From Lingula anatina (taxonomy: Eukaryota; Animalia; Brachiopoda), in contig CM120640.1 in assembly GCA_051362555.1 (NCBI GenBank), positions 55,902,788 to 55,966,787 on the forward strand: 64,000 nt of DNA. The letters are read 5' to 3'. Numbering within the stretch: position 1 is the first letter of the stretch; each line of letters opens with the position of its first letter. The position numbers and the translations under genes are program-made. The notes under the pieces are model-generated. The model ran no database searches. It saw nothing but the letters and a program-made list of their open reading frames with translations, and had not been told where the DNA came from. This document shows positions 24,346 to 38,000 of this stretch, one piece after another.

Positions 24346-26340
24346 TTTTTATGTACAGACACAGATGTGTCTGTACATATTGCCATCACCTGCGTCTGTC
24401 GTCGCCGTCGCCGTCGCCGATCATGTCGCCGTCACCGTGCACTTTCAGCGTTAACACCATAAGTGGAAGGCAATTTTACTTTTTGGCTTTATATTTACAG
24501 AGCTGACTAATATTCAGAAAACGCAGGTCAAGTTCGACCTTTTTCACTTTTTAGCATATATGCAACACTGTTAACACATTTCAAGGAAAACCGATAGGCC
24601 TGTTGTCATGAAACTCACAGGAGTAATCAATCTTACTAAAACGCAGATCAAGTTCAAAATTCGGCATGATCGGGCCACTATTTTAGTAGTTATGCTGTTT
24701 TTTCACATTTCCTCAGATTCAATTTTTAGGCATGTTAACAGTCTCATTATTTAACTAATAAGATTCGTAAAAGTGTTTGTTTGACATTTCCTGCATCTTT
24801 ACAACATTGTTAGTTGATTATGTAAAAATGAGGGTAAACTTGTTATCATGTATTGTATAATAGAGTTTCAAAAATGGAAATAAACTCATATCATTGCAGT
24901 TTGTCAGATTCATTCATTCACTATGTTCAGAAACTCAGAATGGAGGAAATTGGACATTAAACACTGTTCTATTGATATTTTTCCCATCTCATCAATTTTC
25001 TTAGTTGATCATATATAAATGGCAGTAAATTGTTAATTTTGTTATATGTTAAAAAATTGTTAAAAATGGAAAAAAACACATTTCAGGACAGTGCTGTCTT
25101 GTCTACATTTTGGCATTTTCAAGGTGTGACTTTGAAGTTCCTTGGGCCTGAAGACCTTTGCTAGTCACATTTTCTGAATATCCATGATACTAATATTTTA
25201 TTATTAAAAATTGATGGTAATTATCCTGTTAAACATTATGTAATATTGCATCAAAATTTGAAGACACCCCTATTTTGGACACTGCTCCCATGATGACCAT
25301 TTAAGGAAAACCATGTCACTTACTGTTCTCAAACTTACAGGAAGAAACATGGGACTTAAATAAAGCTTCAGTGGGCAATGCAGTCTATGGGTAAATTTTT
25401 TTGGCAGTTAATCAGTTTTTTGTGAAAATTTAATTTTTCACATATTGGCATTTTCAAGGTGTGACTTAAGAACCTCCACGAGCTTGAAGACCCATGCTAA
25501 TCACATTTTCTGAAAATCCATGATATGGATCTTTTATTATTAAAAACTGATGGTCATTATGCTGTTAAGCATTATGTAATATTGCATTAAAATAGAAGAA
25601 AACACAATTTTTGGTGCTGCTGCCATGATGACCATTATGGGAAAACCATGTTACTTATGATTGTCTAACTTTCACAAAAGAAATAAAGGACTAAAATGCA
25701 GCCTGAGTTGGAAAAGCAGTCTAATTGGCTTCTTTTTCTGGAAGTTATACATTTTAGTGAAATATTCATTTTTATCATGTTGGCATATTCATTGTGGGAC
25801 TCGAAGCTTCCATGGACATGAAGCCAAATGGTAATCAAATTTTTTACATGTCCATGCTATTTATAGTCAATAATCAAAAATTGGTGATAATTATTCTGTA
25901 ATTTATTATGTAATGTTACATCAAAATTGACAAAAATCTTTTTGCACTGCTACTACAAACATTATGAAAAGAAAACTGTGTTACTTATTATTATTTTCAA
26001 CTTACAAGTATGATTTGTAGGATTGGCATGCAGTTCAAATAAGAAAACCAGCTCAAATGGGTTATCATTTATTATTGAATTTAAGCAGTTTTATGTGAAA
26101 TTTTTATTTTTCTCATTCTGGCATTTTCAAAGTGTGAACTTAAACTCCCATGGGCCTGAAGCCTTACGCTTGTTACACATTTCACTTACATTGGTATTAC
26201 CTGTTGAGCATAATTAAAATTTGATGTTGAATTTGCAGTTAAGCATAATGTACTTTTGCATCAGAATTGACAGTAGCCCGTTTTGTGCATTGTTATTGTC
26301 TGCTTTTTGTCTGTACATTTGACAGCTTTGCTGCCTTGTT
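24346..26340 (+). mobile_element. Non-autonomous Helentron-associated element (HINE/DINE-1-like), copy 1
   Basis: Order of parts: 5' T-run, hairpin ATGTACAGACAC-AGAT-GTGTCTGTACAT, (GTCGCC)n microsatellite, ~335-bp internal tandem units starting near 25111, 25446, 25781 and 26119, 3' subTIR TGTCTGTACAT (26308-26318), short hairpin CAGC-TTT-GCTG, then TTGTT. A highly similar copy lies at 58560-60053. Confidence 0.85.
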
Positions 26341-28932
26341 AATTAAATAATTAAGTTTTAAATGACTGGCTAGTCACTTAGATGACTGTGTCATATATTT
26401 CAGAAAGAAAAACACAGGTATCAACACAATGTACCATTTTATTAGTTCTGTCATTGAATTAGGAAAGATAAGTAGCTTTACAGAATATATAACTTTGGGG
26501 CATTTTCGGATAGTATACCCCCCCTCCCCCTTTTTCTGTTTGAGAAAATTTGCTCCGCACAATCAAATAAGCCTTGTTTAACAAACACAGCATATATCAT
26601 ATGCTCTGGTATTTACTTTTCTCATAAGATGTACCAAACATCAATTTGATCATTATATCTCATGCATCTAATGTAGACAACAGTTATGCCAATCAATTAC
26701 AAGAATTGCTTTTTTAAATTTTGAACAGATTTTTTGTTCTTAAGATAATTGCTGTTTATTCAAAGGTCTTCCACTGCGAGTTGATAACCTTCGCCTTTAA
26801 ATCACCTTCGTACATTGTTTGTGAAGCCAGCATTGAAGACGGTGTCATCTCAGAAATGCCTCTACGCCGGCAGCTTCCATTAATTACATTCCGGTTGACA
26901 ATATGGATGAAAGCAAACTAATATTTTATTAATAAAGTTATGAGTTTATATGATATACCTGTGTCTTATCGTACTAGCGCACATGCATTACTTCGTCTGC
27001 CTAAGCAAAATCAAATGAAGATCGACCACTGAACACATATACCAAGGTTTTTCAAAATGAATGTGATTTAGTTTGCAGCCTTGAGAAAATAACGTAGATC
27101 TATCATTGGTCATTGGAAGCTGAACCTATGCAAGGCGGGACAATACGACGTCACACGGATGCGAGACGTTGTGTGGTATCAAGCTCGTGCCAGAAACGTC
27201 AACTTTTGACGCTTGTGGGTCAACGGAATGAACGATGTTGTGCCAGTGTTGGTGCTGTCAGAGTATCTAGAGATAAACAGGTGAGAACAAGTTGTAGCAG
27301 TAAACCTATACTAGTTACAGTATCGTCCGTGCTTAAAAAAAAATGGCCCCAGTTTTATAGTGGTTGCATCCCGTCGGTCATGTGGAAAATGACTCGTGAA
27401 ATTTGATGATGTGAATATCGTAGGTTATATTGTAGCCTACATTTATTTTAATACCCGATGACAATGTAATGGAAATACTTGTTATGTTGTAATATGTATT
27501 AAGTCAAATAGGTTCATTACCCTTAGGTCACAATTGCCTGGTCGGTCTACGCTTGCCAAATGATTGTCACAGGGAACTAACTAGGCCTATCCGTGAAAAT
27601 TTATTCGTCGTACTTCAGGCAGACATAGGTAGGCCCTATTTTCATTTCCAATATAGGCCTACTGTGTAAAGCCTACAGGCCTACATATATTTTTTCTGTG
27701 TATTATGTTTGTCTCTAGGTGATTCTTTTTATATAGATTTTGCTTTGCACTAATCAAATATTCATGAATTTGGGTAATGCGAAAAGAAAAGGCGAAACTA
27801 TACTGTATTGTTACAACGGTCATGCTTGATTATTATTCATTGTGAGATGAAAACCTTTCTTGTTTTTTTTTTATCTATCAATTTATTAATTAATTTTCAC
27901 AAAAGAATAAACAACGGCCATGAAACTACGTACAAAAATATTTCGGTGCGTGTATAATTGAAATAATATATGAAATTATTAGAAGAAATTATTTGATTGC
28001 GTTGCCATGTAAAGCATGTAGATTCGGACATGACAGACCGAACACAGGCGCGAAGAAAACGCTTTGATAGTTACAACATTATATCCTACGCCATACACGG
28101 AGAGTTACTGTCTTTAATTGATTGGCGTTACGTGTGACAATCTCTGTTTAGACAACAGCATCCCACTGGTAAGTTCCCGTTGTATCAATATGAACAAATA
28201 TTAATTCTAGTATTTGCAGGTTTATGCCAAGTCTTCCGTAGGCAATTTTAAATCTGTGATTTCGACCGTAAAATATTGTTGATTTTATTCCTGCGTCAGA
28301 TTGATTTACCTGTGCAAACATATTATTCGTGTACACTGCTGTGATATCAATATTTCAAAGGTAATGGTGAAATTTCTGAGAGAAAAATTACTTCGTTGCT
28401 ATGTGATATATTAAATTCGTCCTCAAGTTATATACCAGCTTAAAGAAATGAAATAGAATTTTCTTCATTGCAAATAAAAATGATGGGAATGAGAAGAAAA
28501 AAAAAGAATTAAAAAGGATAAATATTTCAATATTCATATGGCAATGATATGGAACAAAAGAGAGTACCAAGTGCATAAAATACTTTAGGGATAAGGATTC
28601 CATATAAAGACATCGGCAGTATTTGAATAAAACGTATCTAAGTGCAAACTGTGTACCTGATTTTCGATTCTCCTTTATAAACCAGATGAATAATTAATAA
28701 GATTTCCCGAATGAAATTTAACCCGCAGCTGGTGGGAATGACAGAAATCGCGTGGGAGGAAGCTCGATTTGATCAGCTTGACACGGTTTCATTATCAGAA
28801 TAGTAAATTTACATAACGAAAGAACATTTTATTGTTAATCTGTTAATTTGTTAGATGCACCTGCTTTGCTAAGATAATTGTCTTTTGTGTATACACGCAT
28901 ATGAACACACACACAATCACAGCATGTACTAA

Positions 28933-28964
<32 letters not shown>

Positions 28965-30583
28965 TTCCTTTTTCAATCTGGATTCCTTCTTATATCTTTG
29001 TAATAAAACAAAAGTATTTGAAAAATAAAAGTAAAAATCAGGTGGGGTGGCTTATTTCACAACAATTTGTGCTATTTAATGTAAGCAGCTTGCTCTATCT
29101 TTGCAACATTTCAAGTTACAAGTGCTTTAACTAAATTCTTATCGGGTTATTTGTTGTATCATTATCCAGCCTTCATCATTACTGGCAACAGTTCGATTTG
29201 AATAATTAAGCGGTCGCGAAAAGTCGTGTCCACGCGTGCACATCTCTAAACTATACGAGATTTGCAGTGTTCAGCGGCACCTAGAAACCCGGTGCTCAAT
29301 GCCAATACGTTACTTGTTCTCATGAATATTGAATATTCATACATCACGCATTGTCCAGGCATAGAAATACGAAATTTAAACGGAAAATGCGCAGAAATGG
29401 TAAATTATGGAAAACAATCTTCCTGTCGCAAATTTTCAAAAATATTACATGTACAATATGACATCTGACGCACAGTTTTTTCACTGTCAATACTGGGAGA
29501 AATTTCTTATGCGGAGTCTAAGCAGTTCAACAACCGAATGTACATGTAGAGTGAAACAGCGACGGGTTCTTTAATTAGCGTTGTGTATGCCCACTGTGAT
29601 GCAGATCGAAATTTCAATCGAACATACACGTGCTCCAGCTATTTACCCAGAGACGAGTCATAAATAATGCAGTATCGATATTTCAGGACCTTTTGTTTTT
29701 GAAAAGAGTTGTATTGTTAGAAAATTTGATTTTTCTTATTAGGTCAACATTCGAAGTGCTTTTATGGCTGGCATACTTTGTTCCTGCAATAAAGGGGATG
29801 CCAGAAGAAATCGTTAAGCTGTGTGGCTTGAACAGCTGTGTCAAACCCGCCGTGGACTCTTGTTGCATGCGGACGGAGGCTCTTGGGCACCCTCTTACCA
29901 GAACGCTGCCTGTCTGCTTACGCTCCAAGGTGCTTTAACGCTTGTCAGCTGGGGAAATGATCTTCTTGCGCATGAAACGCCAAATATTTATTCTCTGAAC
30001 AAGACGTTACAGCACGGAAACGGTAAGTCATAAGGTCCAAGCTGACAAATTCGTGCATTTATGACACACTGATTTTTTTTTTTTTTCTTTTGTGATACCT
30101 TGTCCATATTGAATAAACACATGTGCTAAATTGGAGAGAAAATACTTATTAAGTATTAATTTTCAATGCAATAGGTATTTCTTAACGTAATAACAATGGC
30201 AGTAAAATAGAATTTAGCTTTAATTCACGGGAGAACGGGTTATTTGTATAACTTCATAGCCGCGGGATGAGGAAATAATATGGCTCTGTAATTAAAAAAT
30301 AACTAATTATCGATGAGAAACATTTCAAAAAGGTTTTCTCTGATATCAATTGCACAAGCAACCCACTCACGGATTGATTTTTACAGGGGAAGAACACTAA
30401 TTATTAACGTCCTTTTGTAATTGATATCATGAGATTTCTGTGCTTTCAATTCAGTGCAGCCAAACCCAAAGTCGTTGGGAGAATTTTATTCTTTCTCTTG
30501 TGTGTGACTAACATATTTCCAATTTCCACAGGAATATATCAGGAACAAAAAACATGTGGTAGTATCGTCCGTCCATCGTTAAC

Positions 30584-32014
30584 ATGGAGTGGCTACGGCA
30601 AAAATTTTTTGCCGCAAGTGATCGCCAAGACATTCCCCTTGTCGGAATGAATGGCAAATACGAAAGATATGCATCAACAGAGGACGACAGCATTTCAGTA
30701 AACATTGACGAAAAAACGCGAAAGAAAAAGAAGATGGACAATGTAGGCTACAAACTTGCCAAGCGCAAGACATTTTTCGCCCGCAGGCGGAAAGTTGCGG
30801 ATGCGACTTTTGCCCTGGCCCTTTTGGGAATCATGATCATGATCGTGGAAACGGAGTTTACGATTAGTGGAACCTACTCTAAAGAGTCAGCGGCGTCTTT
30901 CTTCATGAAGACGCTTATCACAATCTCAACTCTGGCGCTCATGGGTTTTTTGGCCTGGTACCACGTCATTGACGTGAGACTGTACATGATAGACAATAAC
31001 ATTGACGACTGGAGGCTGGCGATGTCCAAAGAGAGAGTGCTAAAGATCGTGGTCGAGTTCATCATTTGTGCCATTCATCCACCACCGGGAGACACAAATA
31101 TCGACTGGATTTCTAAAAATATGAGGACAAACGACCAGACGGTAAATACAATTTCGGTGGACATCATATTTTCTCTCCCGATGTATCTTCGGCTCTATCT
31201 CATCGGTCGAATTTTGTTGCTGCACAGCCGGTTGTATTGCGACGCATCCTCGCAATGTTTAGGTGTGCTCAACCGCATCCATTTCAACTTTGGCTTCATC
31301 TTCAAATCTCTTATGAACATCTATCCAGAGCGAGTGCTGGCTGTCATCGTCTGCGGAGTCGTATTCATTGCTAGCTGGTCTATTCATTTGTGCGAGTTCT
31401 CCAGTGAAAATCCCGAGGAGCACCTGAATTTGTGGGACTCTCTTTGGATGATAACCATCACCTTTCTCACTGTCGGCTATGGTGACACGTATCCCCGATC
31501 TCCGTGCGGGCGTGGTATAGCAGTGCTTACCGGCTTGCTTGGAGTCGCAATGACCGCTTTAGTTGTGGCGGTGTTGGCTAACAAACTAGAACTGTCACGG
31601 GCTGAAAAGTACGTTCAAAACTTTGTGATCGACGTAGAGCTAGAGAAAAGTCTAAAAAATTCGGCAGCTAATATTCTACGCGAAGGATGGCTAGTTTATA
31701 AGCTGAAAAAGCAACATGCTGAAAAATCACGCATCCGTGCGCACCAAAGGAAACTGCTTAAGTCAATAGCCCAGATTCGAGACTTGAAACAAGAAATACG
31801 GAAATCCACAGATAATAACATTACTATGGTGGAAATGGGTAAACAGCAACAGCTAATTTATGATGACGTATACCACATGAAAACACGACAAAAAGAACAA
31901 GAGGCTGAATCTTTAGAAATGAAGGAAAAGCTTAACAGCATCGACAGTAAAGTTGAAGACATACAACGAATCCTCTCTGAACTTCTGCGAAAACGCACTG
32001 AGCGTTCGACTTAA
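30584..32014 (+). CDS. Small-conductance Ca2+-activated K+ channel (SK/KCNN family), single coding exon, 476 aa
   Basis: N-terminal NVGYKLAKRK, S1-S6 segments, IDNNIDDWRLAM, ICAIHPPPG, S4 PMYLRLYLIGRILLLHSR, pore ITFLTVGYGD, CaM-binding domain LELSRAEKYVQNF...KNSAANILREGWLVYK...HQRKLL and a C-terminal coiled coil. Acceptor at 30531, with candidate upstream UTR donors at 30023 and 27281. Confidence 0.95.
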   Translation: MEWLRQKFFAASDRQDIPLVGMNGKYERYASTEDDSISVNIDEKTRKKKKMDNVGYKLAKRKTFFARRRKVADATFALALLGIMIMIVETEFTISGTYSKESAASFFMKTLITISTLALMGFLAWYHVIDVRLYMIDNNIDDWRLAMSKERVLKIVVEFIICAIHPPPGDTNIDWISKNMRTNDQTVNTISVDIIFSLPMYLRLYLIGRILLLHSRLYCDASSQCLGVLNRIHFNFGFIFKSLMNIYPERVLAVIVCGVVFIASWSIHLCEFSSENPEEHLNLWDSLWMITITFLTVGYGDTYPRSPCGRGIAVLTGLLGVAMTALVVAVLANKLELSRAEKYVQNFVIDVELEKSLKNSAANILREGWLVYKLKKQHAEKSRIRAHQRKLLKSIAQIRDLKQEIRKSTDNNITMVEMGKQQQLIYDDVYHMKTRQKEQEAESLEMKEKLNSIDSKVEDIQRILSELLRKRTERST

Positions 32015-35000
32015 AGTGGTAGAAACTTGTTGGTGTCACCTAAAGGCATTTGATTACTTAAAGACGAAGTTCAGACTGAAGTTAAAGTAGAGCTTAACAT
32101 TACAGCGCAATAACAATAACAACAACAACAACAACAACACACACAAAAAAAAAAAAAGAAAAAGCAAAGATCAACTTTTACCATTGTTATTTACACCTAC
32201 AGGCTCAGCTTTGCATGGCGGAGGAATTCATATAATGGCTAATTATTAATTTATTATGTGAAGCCATACATTCCGATTTGCTGATGGAACATGAGACATG
32301 TATATCAACCACAACGGTTCTTCGTCACCAAATCCATTTTATCGGTGAAACGTATAGCAAAGCCAGGATATGTTTAATTAACTGTGTTAGAAATCAATGG
32401 ACATCCGATTGATGCCGTAGTACAATACTAAACATACTGTTTGATTATCAATAATGTACATTTTATGTAGTTAGCTATTTGGCAACAGAGTGGTGTAATA
32501 TGATTATAGATAAAATTAACAAGTAGTATGCAAAACTAAACGAAAAAAATAGTATTATTTTTTCAGAATTTAAGTAAGGTTTATGGTGCACTTTGTTAGA
32601 AAGGGACATTTCACTTTAAGATATTAGATATAATGTATAGAGCTGAATTTTCAAAACTGAACGCAGTTTATTCTTCCATCACGCCATTAAATCTTCAGTA
32701 AAATTTATTGATTTACATAAGTAAATGATTATTAGTTCCGACTAACGGGCGTCATTGCGTAGACTGAACATGTTCATGATATTATGTTTCCGACAGGAAA
32801 TAAGTTTCTCCCAACGATATACCATAAAAAGAGCAGGACCTCGTATGTGTTACGAAAGGCTGCCACTGTTATATCAACTGTGTATGTGGTAATAGTGGCT
32901 AAGTCCCGCATTTTAGTTTGGTCCATTGTATGGATGATTATGGAAAAATTAAGTATCATAGCACTGTGTTGATCAGCTATTTAAAATAAAACAACTAAGG
33001 AAAACAAACCCAATACCCTGATACAAGACATCGTCTGAAACGTTATAGTAGGGTTTTCTTTGAATATATTATTCAGCGAGAACGAGGCTTTCCTGGGACT
33101 TGTAGTTACTGAATCGGGATCGGAGAGCTGTTGGTCTGTTTAAAGATTAATGTTGCATGTGGCATATCCTCGTTTTATGCTAGTACTAAATATTTTACAA
33201 AGCAAATGTACAAAGTGCATCCATACCTTGGAAATTCATTTACATTAAATGAACATAAACATACATGTAGACATGACAAAGCAAATATGATTAATTATGA
33301 AACGTGCGGATTGAGCATTTGATATTTCATTATTTCAAACTGCAATTTCATTTCAAATACAAAATAAACTGAAATACGACGAGCATGTGTACTTAACCCC
33401 CCTCTCCTCCTTTTTCTTTAGAACGTTGGGATTCTTTCAAAATACTTCTTAATTACATACAGGTTACGCGGGAAGCCAATTAAGACGAATATGTCAAACA
33501 CGGCACTAACATTGATTCTTTGCATATCCGTCAGCTTTAAGCGGTGTGTGGTGATCATTAAACCGAAAATCACTTCCCTGTGGGACCTTTGTCATATCCT
33601 TCAGTGAAAACAAGTTCTGTTTTACTTCCATATAGTCGCTGTTGCCATGAGGATTAGCATTCGGTGTCAGTTCAATGTTGATTGTGGTACTAATTTTTAA
33701 AAAATCAATGGATCAAAGTGATGGGTATTTTCATGGCGCTTTGGGGATTAATCATCGCTATTATACATGTACATTATCATGAGCGTATCGCATGCTTCCT
33801 AAGATGTTTGAATTAATTGATTATATATAATGTGGCTTCGCTTTTTGTTCGGCAATGTGGTTTGTTTGTTGTAGTAAAAGTGTCCGTCTTTGCTATTCAC
33901 ATCTGTTTCGCTTTCAGTGCGATGTTTTTGTAGTCGCTAGCCGTATTTAATACATCTGACACCAAAAACACATTAGGTGGATAATACATCGAAACCCACT
34001 TGTGGCCACTTTTGTGTACGGTGGCTTTGCATTGAGAGTAATCAAAAGTTTTTGTAAAAGGCTGTGGTGCTGGATGTGTAAAAAAAAAAAAAGCTAAAAA
34101 GATGTTCCACACAGGTTGGTCTCTTTCATTTAAACCTGGTGAACTGAAGAGGCTACAAAATTATCAGAGTTACGGTCTTAACAGTTACTGTCACTGTTTC
34201 TTTAATAAGTTGCGGCTATGGTGAACTCTAATGAATTGAATTTGACAACTATGCCTTACACCCAAAACAAATGTAGAGACGCAATTGAAGTCAAAGGCAT
34301 GCTCTTAAAAATATTTAGTGCACAGACTGCAAACTATGTTTGATTATTTTATGGTCCCACATGAAGAAGTTTGTATCATAGTTTCACTCTCCTGGAACCA
34401 TGAGTAATAAAAAATAATTCATCGTGTAACCCCAAAAAGTAACATACGTTACTGTTACAAATGCAAAACGTCCAACTGTGAAACGCTTTACCCACTTTGA
34501 AATTTCAATCATCACTGGTTTTGGTCTTTGATTTAACTCCTACAAGTATATCGTTGTACAAATTATAATAATCTTCTGTATAGAGCAGTATTTGAGCGAC
34601 TTAAGTTTGCTTGTCACTGAATATTAAAAAACAGGGAAAATACACCCTACCGACAGTAAAATAAGTATTTAATAAATTATTGTTCCTTTGTGATCCAATA
34701 TCAGAAATGTCAAACTATCATGGAATCACAATATATTTTTCGGTCGGCAACAGGAAACACTGTTTTCTATTGCACCAAGTACTTGAACAAAATTTAACTT
34801 TTTGACAATTTTTCTGGGGAACATACGTTGCCTAGATTTAGCCATGACGCAAAGCCCCTTGAGTTACAGTTTAAATATTTATAAAAACATCCTTACGTCA
34901 TGTATACTTTACCACTACTGAATCACTACAAAATATATCGGAACGCGGTATAAAAATTAAATATACATGATCCGGAACGTACGTTACCATTTAGGGCTCT

Positions 35001-38000
35001 TTGCGTAATGTAAAGATATGGTAAAAATTAAAATTTGAATTTAAATTAAGACAGTCGTGGATTTTTTTCTATAAACATATATCTTTTTAAAAATTGAATA
35101 CAACTTTGAATTCATTCAATTTTATTTTTGGACACGCCAGCATGTGAAATGCACCTCTATATTGGGTTTGGGTGCTTATTTTTCGAGTTCTGACGACAAC
35201 TGCACACACACACACACGCAGAGAAGTCAAAGAAAGCAATGATTATATGTCACTTTCTGTCACTTCGACTTCATGAAAATAAAATTTGGCCTGTAAATCG
35301 ATCGAAGTAAATCGTCACTACACATTAGCTTGACATTTTTAAATGGAATAACGTGCCATAGATTTAGCTCATCTCACGCAGTTAACTGGCAGGTGGAGTC
35401 TCCAATGGATCAGAAAATGTGTCGTCTCTAGGTTGTCAACACATGATATAATTGGCGTGTAATCCTGCACAAACACTATGGATAGTTCGATGGAAAGTTT
35501 CTAAATGCGGGAGATGTTATTGTTGTGGGCGGAACTTCCTTAAGAAAAGATTATGCAACTGTTTCTGATGATGATAGTTTTAATTAACAGTCTTAGAGCC
35601 GGAACTACTGAATTCGTTCTTTGTTATTGAAGGCGAACAATTAAAATAGCAAGCCCGAAGAAGTCGATAGAAAAAACAATTTCATGAAGCATTTGCGTCA
35701 CGTAATGATTACCAATAAGTCAATTCTCCACCTGCTATTCAGTATGGTGAAATCTATTAGAAACGCGTCCTCCATGCATTAAAACTTAGTAGAATTATAT
35801 CTTAAGTTATAGAATCTCTGGCGGAAGCTATGATCAATTCCAGGTTTACTTACCTCCGCATGCTATATAAGCAAGGGAAAAATACATGAAAATAGGCAGA
35901 AAAATAAACATTCTTTAAAATATAATTTTACACAAAAGTGTATAATTACCAGAGATTTAATATTACAAAACACGAAATGAAAGCTTTTAAAACATAGTGA
36001 ATGAAAGTTGTAATGTTTAGTCTGTTATACCTCCAATCGATATTGCATAGATGCATATTTGGTCAAACATATTACATTTCCCATTGACAGAATTACACCG
36101 CAGATAAGTTGAGGTTACCACGTCTAAAGTATGTACATGTAGTAGAAAGTCAAAGACACTGCCCCTTTAAATTTTCCACACAGTCCAGCAAATCATACGC
36201 TTTTCTGCAAAACAAGTACGTTTCCTAAAACTCAACCATGCAAGGCTTGACATTAACGCAAGATGCCCAGTTTGGCACTAGGTTTGAAGTCACTCATTCG
36301 GCCTCTGCGACCAATGTAATAGCCCTGCACGGCACGGGCAATAATCGTTATGAATACCTTGGGGTTAATCTAATGTCTTAGGCTTAAAAATACTAAATTG
36401 ATATTTTCCCGCATAATCTGATGACAACATGACTTCTGAATTAGGTCATTTCATTCGCAGATTAACTTTTGTGTGAGATGCAGTTTGCCTGAATAAATGT
36501 CAAAAAAGTGCCACATACTGGCAACTCTTTTCTTTTAGAATTCGTAATTAATTTCTTTTAGACATCATAATTTATTTACAAAAATAAGATTGACTTATAT
36601 ATTTCACCGAGTAAAATATTTCGGACAGATGCATAGGCCCTATGTCCACTTTAAGTTAATATGTCAACGCTTTCGCAAGTTTGTTTTGCATTTTTGGAGA
36701 TGAAATATCTCAATATAATACTCCATACGTTTCTTGAATAATACATTTTTTTTATGAAATGGCAAACAACGAATTTAATGTTTGCCCTTTTCTTTTAACA
36801 GCAATACTGGATAGACTTAAATGTAATTTTGTCATCTATTAAAAATACTGCACTCAAAGATAATTACTACATAATTTTCCTGCAATGTTTTAATTTTGAC
36901 TGATGTTCTTAAACAGCTTGATCAACTGGAATAAAATGCAATATCCTAAATAAATGATTAAATGAATAAATAAATATATTAATCTATTGATAAATAGATT
37001 AATAAATGAGCAAATCAATTAATATATGAATTTATTAACTAAATATTTTTAAAAGGTGACGGTGATTTACGGAAGACCTGTTACATTGCACAGAACATTT
37101 GATTAAAAAAACTACGGAAAATAACAGCAAATCTTAGCAAATCTTCCCGGTTTTGGAAGAAGAGTCCTAAAGAGTATTGTTCTTAAATAATAAGATATTT
37201 TTCTTTGGAAGGCGAATAATGCGCCATGACACTTATCGGTATGTCTCAATAGTCCGTGACAGTAATATTAAGAAACTTTCCCTCTAGAAAATTGAGTTTT
37301 ATGACATTATGAAACCAACCTTGAGTACCAGATATTTTATCAATTGAATTATAAGCAAAAATAAAAGAAGCAGAAATATAAAGGTCTGATATTGGCCCAT
37401 CAAGACAAATCTGACAAAATGTTGTCAAACTTCATCTGTACCGTTTGTGCTGCATTGAAAGAGATAAAGAGACAGAGAAGGGAAAGGTAAACATAATTTG
37501 GTGGTGTAAATTATGCATTACTTATTTATTTGTTTTTACTTTTCCGATATCCGGTTCTTGTATCGTTTCCTGTTTAGGTGAGGAGCTGGATAAATAAACA
37601 TGCCAGGTGTTTGGACCAGTGGCAGCTTGCTTATCTTATGCTACCTCTAATAAGGGTCAACAATGATTTGGCTTTGTGCTATCGATTTCGGATATACACC
37701 GTAGGCTATATGGATGATCACGCAAAATATAAAACCTAGTTCTAAATTTGGATGACCTCATACATTGCAAAAGTTGAAATATGTGCCCTCAAAATGTGCT
37801 TTTTAGTTTATAATATTTATCCATTTCAACTACAATATCAAATCAAACAAGGCAGCTATAGAGATTGGAGTACAGCTTAATTAAGATGAATATGAATCAT
37901 CTAAAAACACGCTTATAAACAAGTTAAACTTATATATATTCATGTATATCAGCTATTTTTTTGACAATTTGCATCTAAAATCTACTTGAGATATTTAAAT

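Noticed and set aside
24346-26340. Regularly spaced repeats as a CRISPR-like array
   Set aside because: Eukaryotic context, long diverged tandem units without unique spacers, and no cas genes. Explained by the HINE structure.
27580-27690. Cluster of TAGGCCTA/AGGCCTAC words, and scattered TACATGTA octamers
   Set aside because: Such palindromic octamers are commonly over-represented in marine invertebrate genomes and show no locus-specific structure here.
27113-30033. ORFs of 70-102 aa upstream of the SK channel
   Set aside because: No homology-like features. They coincide with CpG-rich putative promoter/5'UTR exons.
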